From an uncultured virus (IMG/VR IMGVR_UViG_3300046718_000884) (lineage: Duplodnaviria; Heunggongvirae; Uroviricota; Caudoviricetes), in IMG/VR virus record IMGVR_UViG_3300046718_000884: 64,000 nt of DNA; one strand, 5' to 3'. A model generated the notes under the pieces. That model saw only the letters and a program-made list of their open reading frames with translations, had not been told where the DNA came from and ran no database searches. Below, piece by piece: positions 46,068 to 53,414 of the stretch. Position 1 is the first letter of the stretch; each line of letters begins with the position of its first letter. Position numbers and translations under genes: made by a program.

Positions 46068-46265
46068 TCACGCGGGCCAGATCGTCGCGCCGTCGTCCCA
46101 GGTCGTGCCGTCGTCGTCCCACGACGTCAGCGGCACGATGGCGCCGTGGTTGGGACCAAAGCGCCGCCAGTGCTCCATGAGCTGCGCCTGGACATCGCTC
46201 GGCACCGAGGTATCCACCGGCGTCGAGGCGTCGAAGACCACCGGGCCGCTACCGCTTCCACTCAT
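46068..46265 (-). CDS. small hypothetical protein
   Basis: AAGGAG SD; WDDDGTTWDDGATIW. Confidence 0.55.
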   Translation of the reverse strand: MSGSGSGPVVFDASTPVDTSVPSDVQAQLMEHWRRFGPNHGAIVPLTSWDDDGTTWDDGATIWPA

Positions 46266-46278
46266 CGCAGGCTCCTTT

Positions 46279-46695
46279 TCAGACGGGGGACGGAGGGGGT
46301 GCCACGAATGGCTGCGACGGCTTCGGCGACTGCAGCGTGACGATCACCTTGCACCAGTCCGGCCACTGCTCGGACACCATCGTCACCAGCCACTCGTAGC
46401 CGTCGAACAGGAACACATCGCCGCCGGTCTCGTCGGCGCGGACGATCCCTGACCAACTGCCGTTGATGTAGACCGACAGGCGGTTCGCCTGGACGTTGAA
46501 GCCGACATCGGCCAGCAGGCGCAGCTCGTCCGATGTCAGGTTCTGCACCTGTCCAGGCCCCGACAGCAGCTCGTAATTTGGCACGCGCGAGCCGTCGGGG
46601 TTGGTGGTGTAGCCGGCGGTGGCACGACGGATCTGGATGGTGCGGAACGGATTGACGATGCCGATCAGCGGCGCCGCCATTTGGTGGAGGTTCAT
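46279..46695 (-). CDS. head closure/head-tail joining protein
   Basis: MNLHQMA...VNP...GIVRA...GGD...WLV..V.EQWPDWCKV. Confidence 0.72.
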   Translation of the reverse strand: MNLHQMAAPLIGIVNPFRTIQIRRATAGYTTNPDGSRVPNYELLSGPGQVQNLTSDELRLLADVGFNVQANRLSVYINGSWSGIVRADETGGDVFLFDGYEWLVTMVSEQWPDWCKVIVTLQSPKPSQPFVAPPPSPV

Positions 46696-47138
46696 CCCTC
46701 GACCACTTCGTGCTCGACGCTCTTGACCATCAGGCTCGTTTCGATGAGCGGCTTATCAAACCCCTTCCGGTCGATCGTGCTCTGCGCCAGCGGGGGTTCC
46801 ATCAGCGTGTTGATCGACTCGCGCACCCGCCCGGCGATCTCCTGACCCAGCGTGTCCAAGGTCGCGTCAACGTCGAGGTCGTTACTCTTCAGTATCACCG
46901 ACGCCATCTTGCCCCACTTGGGCGACTGCGCGGCGATCATGTTGCGGAAGAACGGGCGCGGTGGCTGGCCGTGCTTGGCGATGCCGAACTCATTCCACGC
47001 CGCGACCTGCGGCACCGAGGTGCCGTCGGGGTAGGTGCCACCCTTCAGGAACCCGACCTTCAGCGTGCGCGGGTGCTCGGCGATCTTGCGCCGCAGCTCG
47101 TCCAGCGCCCCGGAGTTTTTCCTTACCAGTGCCGCCAT
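46692..47138 (-). CDS. neck/virion morphogenesis protein
   Basis: LKVGF...YPDG..V..VAAWNEFG...PPRPFFR...TI.RKGFDKPLIET. Confidence 0.75.
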   Translation of the reverse strand: MAALVRKNSGALDELRRKIAEHPRTLKVGFLKGGTYPDGTSVPQVAAWNEFGIAKHGQPPRPFFRNMIAAQSPKWGKMASVILKSNDLDVDATLDTLGQEIAGRVRESINTLMEPPLAQSTIDRKGFDKPLIETSLMVKSVEHEVVEG

Positions 47139-47626
47139 GCGCCGAGCCTGCCGGTGAAGGTGTTGGCCTCGGGGAAGGGCTGCGGCCCGATATGGTATTG
47201 CCACGTGCGATACTGCGCGGTGGCCGCCCAGTAGAGCGCGCCGTATGGCGTTTGTGTATACCACGCCTCGCTCGGTCCGCCGCTGCCGGCGGAACCGTAG
47301 TCGGAGGTGATCGACACCGAGCCTTCGGTGGCGGAGTTGATTCGCCCGACCATGCCGACACCCTGGCCCGGCGTGACGAACCCGCACGCCGTCAGTCCGC
47401 CGTTCAGTGCCGCGATGTGGGCGGTCAGCATGTCGAGGTAGCCGGCGCGCGGCTGCTGCGCCGGCACCGGCGAGCACGGCGAGTTGTCGCAGAACATCGT
47501 CGCCTGATTGAAGAACATCTGCGCGCGCGGTTGGGTGACCGCCTGAAACTCCGGATAGCACGCCATCCAGTGCGGGTAGTCGAACACCACGACATTGGGA
47601 TCGACCGGGACGATGACGTCGCTCAT
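47123..47626 (-). CDS. head-tail adaptor (DUF4054-like)
   Basis: YPEF...LTAHIA.L...VGRINSATEGSVS...WYTQTPYG..YW. Confidence 0.8.
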   Translation of the reverse strand: MSDVIVPVDPNVVVFDYPHWMACYPEFQAVTQPRAQMFFNQATMFCDNSPCSPVPAQQPRAGYLDMLTAHIAALNGGLTACGFVTPGQGVGMVGRINSATEGSVSITSDYGSAGSGGPSEAWYTQTPYGALYWAATAQYRTWQYHIGPQPFPEANTFTGRLGAWRHW

Positions 47627-47629
47627 GGG

Positions 47630-48232
47630 TTACGCCGGATACTGCGTCGGATACTGTTGCGGCGGCTGCTGCACTGGTTGCGCCACGGGCTGCTGTGGCG
47701 GCGGCGCCATCGGGCGCTCCTGCTGGCGGCGCTCCACGATCGCCAGGGCCTGCTGCTGCGCCTGCTCTGCCGCGCCACGCTCGGCTGTCGCCGCCTCGGC
47801 CTGCGCATCGGCCTGCTTGCGCAGGATCTCGGCCTGCCGGATCTGGGCGTCGGCCTGCCGCACCCGTTGGGCGGCCACCTGGGCGGCGGTGCGCGCCGCG
47901 TCCAGCGGGGTGTCCTCGGCGAGCGCGCCGCCGGTGTCATCCTCCAGCCCTAGCTCAAACCCGTATTCGTCCTGCGTATCTTGCATGGCATCCACCTCGG
48001 CCTGGGTGACCGGTCTAACGGTGTCCAGCAGCGCCGGGTTCGCGGTCATCCACTCGTTGAACGCCGCGAGATCGACGTCATAGGTGATGCCGGTGCCATG
48101 CACCGCGCCGGGGTCGCGCTGGCCGACGATGGTGACGGAATAGGGGTCGACCCCCTCCGGGTGCGTCGTGGCCGAGCATAGCACCGAGACCGGCAGGGTG
48201 CTGGCGACGATCGTGGTGGTTGATCCGGACAT
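47630..48232 (-). CDS. head-associated paralogue 3 (shared N-domain + coiled coil)
   Basis: GITYDVDLAAFNEWM; Ala/Gln coiled coil. Confidence 0.7.
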   Translation of the reverse strand: MSGSTTTIVASTLPVSVLCSATTHPEGVDPYSVTIVGQRDPGAVHGTGITYDVDLAAFNEWMTANPALLDTVRPVTQAEVDAMQDTQDEYGFELGLEDDTGGALAEDTPLDAARTAAQVAAQRVRQADAQIRQAEILRKQADAQAEAATAERGAAEQAQQQALAIVERRQQERPMAPPPQQPVAQPVQQPPQQYPTQYPA

Positions 48233-48247
48233 GGAGAGAACTCCCTT

Positions 48248-49288
48248 CTATGGTGTGCCGTCGATTCCTTGCACGGTGATCGCGCCGACCGACTGGCGCA
48301 GTCGCATGGAGATCGACAGATCCTGGGTTGGTCGGGCGAACGCGTCGCCATTGCGGAAGCCCATACTGGCCATCAGCGCCGCGACGGACCCTGCCTGTGC
48401 GGCGGTGCTCGGCGCCGACGCGTAGGAGATGGTCGAGGTGATGCCGGTGGTGTTGCTGTGGATGAGAAACTGCCACGGCGCGGCTGCTGACACGGACGCC
48501 GTCAGATAGGCGCCAAGATCGGCATTGATGCCGGCACAGATATCGTCGGCGCTGGCGACCGTGCCGAACACCCGCGCCAGCTTCAGGGTGAGGCCGTCGA
48601 CCACGATGTCGAACCCGAGGGGAAAGAGGGAATTGTTGTTGAACAGGGCGAGCAGATCGAGCACGTCCTGATCGCTGAAATCGCCACTGATCAGCAGTGC
48701 CGATGTCGCTTCAACCGGCGCGGTGTAGAGCACGCTGTTGGAGGGCGGCGCCTCGGTGGCGCCGCTGGCATTACTTGCGGTGACGACGCAGCTTATCGTG
48801 TGGCCGTCATTGCTCGCCAGCAGCGGCAAGGTGTCACCGTTCGGGCCGATCGGCAGCGTGTCGTCCTGCATCCACTGGTAATCATAGTGGGTTGGGACAT
48901 TGGTCCAGTTGCCCATCGTGCAGCGCATGCGCTGCTCTTCCTGCCAGACATAGGGCACGTCGACATTGACCGGCGGCAGGAGCGGGTCGATCGGCGGTGC
49001 CGGCTCGAAACCATTCTCCAACCCGTAGGTCTGCAAGGGATCGCCGTTGGCGTCGAGCTGCTCCTGGGTCGCGTCGGTGATGAACGGGGTGAATTGTGGG
49101 TGCGCTACCATCCATTGGTTGAACAGCGCGCTATCGACGTCATAGGTCAGGCCCCAGCCGTTGACGGCGGACGGATCGCGCTGGCCGACGATGGTCTGCG
49201 AGATCTCCATGCCACCAGTGGTGCCGTGCGGCCCCTGCATCAGGACCGAGGTCTCCATTTTCGACGCGACGGTCACGGTGCCTGACAT
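48248..49288 (-). CDS. head-associated paralogue 2 (shared N-domain + Ig-like + sheath-like domain)
   Basis: GLTYDVDSALFNQWM; CTMGNW...YDYQW...ISCVVTASN. Confidence 0.72.
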   Translation of the reverse strand: MSGTVTVASKMETSVLMQGPHGTTGGMEISQTIVGQRDPSAVNGWGLTYDVDSALFNQWMVAHPQFTPFITDATQEQLDANGDPLQTYGLENGFEPAPPIDPLLPPVNVDVPYVWQEEQRMRCTMGNWTNVPTHYDYQWMQDDTLPIGPNGDTLPLLASNDGHTISCVVTASNASGATEAPPSNSVLYTAPVEATSALLISGDFSDQDVLDLLALFNNNSLFPLGFDIVVDGLTLKLARVFGTVASADDICAGINADLGAYLTASVSAAAPWQFLIHSNTTGITSTISYASAPSTAAQAGSVAALMASMGFRNGDAFARPTQDLSISMRLRQSVGAITVQGIDGTP

Positions 49289-49297
49289 GCTGACCCC

Positions 49298-49726
49298 TCA
49301 CACCGCGTCGGCGGTCGCGATCTTGCGCTGGAACTCCGGCGGCAGATTCTTCGGATCGATCGGCTCGAAACCGCTCTTCTCGTTACGGTGGTCGTTGGCC
49401 TGGGCGATCGTGTCACCCACCTTGGCCTGGGCGAATATCAGGCCGTTGCGCACGATGTCGGCGTCCTTGTATTGCTCCAGCCACTGCGCGAACCGGTCGG
49501 CATCGACGCCATGGGTCAGCGCGGCGCCGTGGGCGATCTGATAGGGCGCGTCCTGTCCGAGCTTGCGTGCCGGGCCGTTGATCTTGTGCTGCCACGGCAG
49601 CGCCTTGGCGATCTTCATGTCCTTCACGCCGCCGGTCATCACCGGCACGCTGATGGTCTCAAACTCGTAGACCTGCAGCACGAGGCCGTTGGGGATCTTG
49701 CAGGCGACGGTGACGGTTCCCGGCAT
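49298..49726 (-). CDS. head-associated paralogue 1 (gene after major capsid)
   Basis: TVTVACKIPNGLVL...LTHGVDADRFAQWL...NGLIFA...KSGFEPIDP. Confidence 0.75.
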   Translation of the reverse strand: MPGTVTVACKIPNGLVLQVYEFETISVPVMTGGVKDMKIAKALPWQHKINGPARKLGQDAPYQIAHGAALTHGVDADRFAQWLEQYKDADIVRNGLIFAQAKVGDTIAQANDHRNEKSGFEPIDPKNLPPEFQRKIATADAV

Positions 49727-49730
49727 CGCC

Positions 49731-50786
49731 TCAAACCCCGATCATACCGGCGATCGCCAGCGGGTAGCGAATGATCGCACCCCAGGTGCCGCCGGTCTTC
49801 TTCTGCGCGTAGCTCGACAGGCTGCGCACCAGCGCGTGGTCGCGGCTCTTCTCGTTGAAGCCGCAATAGCCGGTCTTGTTGCCGTCGAACTCCTTGGCGA
49901 TGAGCTGCACCAGATTGCCGCCGGCCACCGCCGAATAGCGCGGGTCGGTGACGTAGGAGATGTTCGGGAAACTCTCCTTGATAAACGCCTTGATGGTGAT
50001 GCCGAACGAGTTAATCGCGGTCAGCGCCGAGGCGACCGTGTTCGGATACACCAGGGTCATCGCGGTGTCCTGCGTGATGTAGCCCTGCGAATTGGAGGTG
50101 AGCTGATTGAACATCAGCTGGAAATCCTTGTAGATCTCCTCGGCGGTCGCGGTCACCGCGCCGTTGAACACCCACTTATTGGCGTTGCCCGCCGCCTTCA
50201 GGGTCGGCAGCAGATTGGCCGGCAACGACGGATCGTTGGTGATGCCGTAGTTCAGCAGCCCGCTGACCCCGAAGTGATAGGTGAGGTCGAGGAACTTATC
50301 GAGCGTCTTGGCAGCGCTCTGCTGCTTCTCGCTGACCAGCTCCAGCTTGGCCGCGCCGGCGCGCTCGACCTCCAGATCACCGTATTCGATGATGGTCTGG
50401 AACAGATAGGCCTGCCGCTGCTCCCACTGCTCGTTGACGTCGGAGCGGCCCATCGTGTTGTAGTCGCCGTATGACGACACTTCGCCGGTGTTCTCGACCA
50501 CCGGGATGAAGATCGTCTGGTCGACCCACGAGCCTTTCTTCTGCTCGCCGAGGATCTCGGCGCCCTTGTTGGGCGCCTGCAGGATACGCACCACCTCGGA
50601 GTCTACGAGCTGGGTAAAGAACGCCGGAATGCCCGCGTTCGGCAGCGTGACCAGCCCCGGCTGCGCGTCCATGCCCAATGGCACGCGCATGTCATCTGGC
50701 ATGTAGTCGTAGGTGAAGGGCATGTGGATGCCCCACTCCTCGGCAAGGCGCTGGGCGTCACGGGCGAACTCGGAACTGCGTTGCAT
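49731..50786 (-). CDS. major capsid protein (DUF2184-like)
   Basis: MDAQPGLVT.PNAGIP...E.KKG.W...GEVSSYGDY...KKTGGTWGAII.YP. Confidence 0.85.
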   Translation of the reverse strand: MQRSSEFARDAQRLAEEWGIHMPFTYDYMPDDMRVPLGMDAQPGLVTLPNAGIPAFFTQLVDSEVVRILQAPNKGAEILGEQKKGSWVDQTIFIPVVENTGEVSSYGDYNTMGRSDVNEQWEQRQAYLFQTIIEYGDLEVERAGAAKLELVSEKQQSAAKTLDKFLDLTYHFGVSGLLNYGITNDPSLPANLLPTLKAAGNANKWVFNGAVTATAEEIYKDFQLMFNQLTSNSQGYITQDTAMTLVYPNTVASALTAINSFGITIKAFIKESFPNISYVTDPRYSAVAGGNLVQLIAKEFDGNKTGYCGFNEKSRDHALVRSLSSYAQKKTGGTWGAIIRYPLAIAGMIGV

Positions 50787-50828
50787 AGCGGCTCTCCTAC
50801 AGCTCAGCTTGAGGGGGTTGTTGCTCGT

Positions 50829-51389
50829 TTAGCCGAGCGGCTGGCTGGTCATTTTGATCAGCTCATTGGCGAGGCCGGGAGTTGCTGCCCACCACTTGGT
50901 CTCGGTGAACCCGGCGATGGTGGCGCCGGTGGCACCGAACTGGATCGTGCCGCCATCCATCACCGCGCCGCTGGTGTGGGCGTTCTTGGCGAACGCCCGC
51001 TGGCCGACCGCGACGGCGCCCGCGCCGGTGTTGCGCACGAAGAAGGTGCCGCCGGTGAACACCTCGCCCACCGGGAAACCCGCCGGGATGAAGAACGAGG
51101 TCGAACTCGGCGTGGTGAAATAGATCAGGTTCAGTCCGTTCATGTCGCGGTGCAGGAAGCCGCTGGGCACGCCGCTGCCGGTGTTGAGCACCAGCGTGTT
51201 GGTGGCGACGTCGGCCCACACGAAGCGCGCGATGAACACCCCGGCTGCCGCCGGTGGCACCGCACCCTGCGTGCCGCCCGCCTTGAACCCGCCTTCGACC
51301 GACGGCAACGACCAGCGCGGATCTTCCGACGCGAAGTCACCCTCGACGCCGATCGCCTGGGTGATGTTGATAACAGTTTGAAACGTCAT
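50829..51389 (-). CDS. capsid decoration/cement protein
   Basis: FQ..IN...A.GVEGDFAS..PR...ETKW; between protease and capsid genes. Confidence 0.72.
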   Translation of the reverse strand: MTFQTVINITQAIGVEGDFASEDPRWSLPSVEGGFKAGGTQGAVPPAAAGVFIARFVWADVATNTLVLNTGSGVPSGFLHRDMNGLNLIYFTTPSSTSFFIPAGFPVGEVFTGGTFFVRNTGAGAVAVGQRAFAKNAHTSGAVMDGGTIQFGATGATIAGFTETKWWAATPGLANELIKMTSQPLG

Positions 51390-51407
51390 CTCGCTGGCTC
51401 CCTGGGA

Positions 51408-52946
51408 TTAGTGGCTGTGCAGGCGGTTGGCGTTCGGGAACCGCTGGAGGTATTTGTCATTGCCCGCCCGATCCATCGCGAGCGGTCGTGATGGCTGCTC
51501 GCCCGGCTTCGGGATGCGCGACAGCAGCGCCTTGTAGGCGCTGGGATGGATGTCGGTGACATCCTCGCCGGCCTGCTCCAGCGCGAACCTGTAGACCTCC
51601 TGCGCGCTGTCCATCGCGCCGAGGATGTCGCCCACCCAGGGGCGCACGAACCGCTTCGCCTCGTCGCGCTGATTGAGGCGGTCGGTGGTCTCCTTGACCG
51701 CTTTCGCAATGGCCGCGTCCATCGCGACCCGGGTGACAGGCTTGTTGTCCATCGCGGGGGTGTCCTTGTTTGCAAGACCGGGAAGCTTCTCGGCGACGTC
51801 TTCCTGATCGGTGGCGCAGTCCTCGTTGTCCGCGCCGCCGCCATTGTCGGGCTTGGCGGCGGGCTTGGCGGGCGGCGCGTTGGCATCGGGCGGCGCGGGC
51901 GGCTTCACTTGTTTCAACGCATGCAGGATGATCGCGAGGTCATTGTCATCGATCTGGCCCTGCAACAGCTGTTGCACTTTCGCCGCGAGGTCGTTGTCGC
52001 CGCCCGCCGCCGGATTGGCCGCCGGATCGTTGACCGGCGCCACGCCGCTGCCTTCGGCGGCAGCGCCACCCATGGCGAGGTTGCCGCCACCGGCATCTGG
52101 CGCACCACCGGCACCGGCCATCAGGTTGTCGGGCGGGGCGCCGGCGCCGGCGCCGTCGAGATGCTCGTGGATATGCACCTCGGCGTCCTTGGCCAGCACC
52201 GGCTGCAGCGCGCGCTTCAGCGCCGCCTCGATCTGCACGCGCTTGTCCTGCCACGCCTTTTCGCTGGTGGCCGGAGAGAAGATCCTGACGAGGTCAGGCA
52301 TCTTCTGATCCTTCGCCAGGAACGGCGCGACATAGGCTGCCGTTGAGCCTGCCATCCAGGCCGCGCGCGGCGATAGCGTCATAGCGGTCTCCTTGGGTTT
52401 GCTGTCCATCACCACGACATCGGAACCGGCGCGACCGGCCTCGACCAAAGCGATATGGTTGGCGCGGATGTTGGTCATCACGCCGTCGTATCGCTGGCTC
52501 ATGTAGACGCCCGGCTGCATCACCGGGTCGTAGCGATAGCCGGAACTGAGTTCCTTCATCTCGCCGGACTCGATCATGGCGATGGCTTGGTCTGACCAGA
52601 AGACCAGCGAATTATCGATGTAGGGCGGGTTCCAGCGCGCGTCGGTGCCGGTCGAGCCGACGACGCGACCACGCTGGTCGTCCGCCGCCGTAACCGGAAT
52701 ATGCTGGTCGAGGATCTGGATGTTGTTGAACGTCGGCACCGCGCGCTGCAATTCGCCGGGATGCCGCAGCAGGTTGTAGAGACGGTAGGGGTCCAGCCCG
52801 AGCTGCTCAAAGCCGGGGATCTCGTTGCCACGGTATTGGTTGACGCAGGCCTTGGTCAGATGACTGACCGCGACGTGCAGCCTGCCGTCCTGGTCGTAAC
52901 TGCGCATCGAGCGATCGAGCGCCAGCATGACATTGTCGAACGGCAT
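51408..52946 (-). CDS. prohead protease/scaffold (DUF2213-like)
   Basis: RSYDQDGRLHV...ELSSGYRY...NHIALVEAGRAGSDVVVMDS; low-complexity scaffold; AMD repeats. Confidence 0.85.
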   Translation of the reverse strand: MPFDNVMLALDRSMRSYDQDGRLHVAVSHLTKACVNQYRGNEIPGFEQLGLDPYRLYNLLRHPGELQRAVPTFNNIQILDQHIPVTAADDQRGRVVGSTGTDARWNPPYIDNSLVFWSDQAIAMIESGEMKELSSGYRYDPVMQPGVYMSQRYDGVMTNIRANHIALVEAGRAGSDVVVMDSKPKETAMTLSPRAAWMAGSTAAYVAPFLAKDQKMPDLVRIFSPATSEKAWQDKRVQIEAALKRALQPVLAKDAEVHIHEHLDGAGAGAPPDNLMAGAGGAPDAGGGNLAMGGAAAEGSGVAPVNDPAANPAAGGDNDLAAKVQQLLQGQIDDNDLAIILHALKQVKPPAPPDANAPPAKPAAKPDNGGGADNEDCATDQEDVAEKLPGLANKDTPAMDNKPVTRVAMDAAIAKAVKETTDRLNQRDEAKRFVRPWVGDILGAMDSAQEVYRFALEQAGEDVTDIHPSAYKALLSRIPKPGEQPSRPLAMDRAGNDKYLQRFPNANRLHSH

Positions 52947-53018
52947 GCTAGGACGCTCCCGCCGCCATGATGACCAGCAGCGTCGCGATCACGATGATCA
53001 GCGGCGCCCAGGTCTGCA

Positions 53019-53414
53019 TCAGCCGAGCACCGGTGCGACGACCATGGTCAGATCGCGGATGTAGAGCCGGTCGAGCGCGGTCTTGTTCACCGTCAGCGTC
53101 ACCCAGTAGGGCACGCCCGCCGATCCTGGCGGCGCGTGAAATCCCACGGTGATCACCATGCCGCTCGGGTCGATCGAGTTAGGCCAGTCCGATCCGGCGA
53201 CGTGTAGGTCGTCCTCGCTGAGCGCTTCGCCGTCGGCGCGGTTCACGCCGATGGTGACGGTGGCAATGTCGGTGACCTTGTCGCCCACGCTGCCGAGGTC
53301 GGAGGAGACGTCGATATAGCGCCCATCGATCTCGCCCGCGCGCAGCGGCGGGATTGGCACCGGCGCGTAGTTGGGCGTGCTGCAGCAGGCTGCCGGTGCA
53401 TATGAATAGGTCAT
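53019..53414 (-). CDS. putative fibre adaptor protein
   Basis: GEIDGRYID.S..L...GD...Y.VT......DR; coupled to the repeat protein gene. Confidence 0.5.
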   Translation of the reverse strand: MTYSYAPAACCSTPNYAPVPIPPLRAGEIDGRYIDVSSDLGSVGDKVTDIATVTIGVNRADGEALSEDDLHVAGSDWPNSIDPSGMVITVGFHAPPGSAGVPYWVTLTVNKTALDRLYIRDLTMVVAPVLG

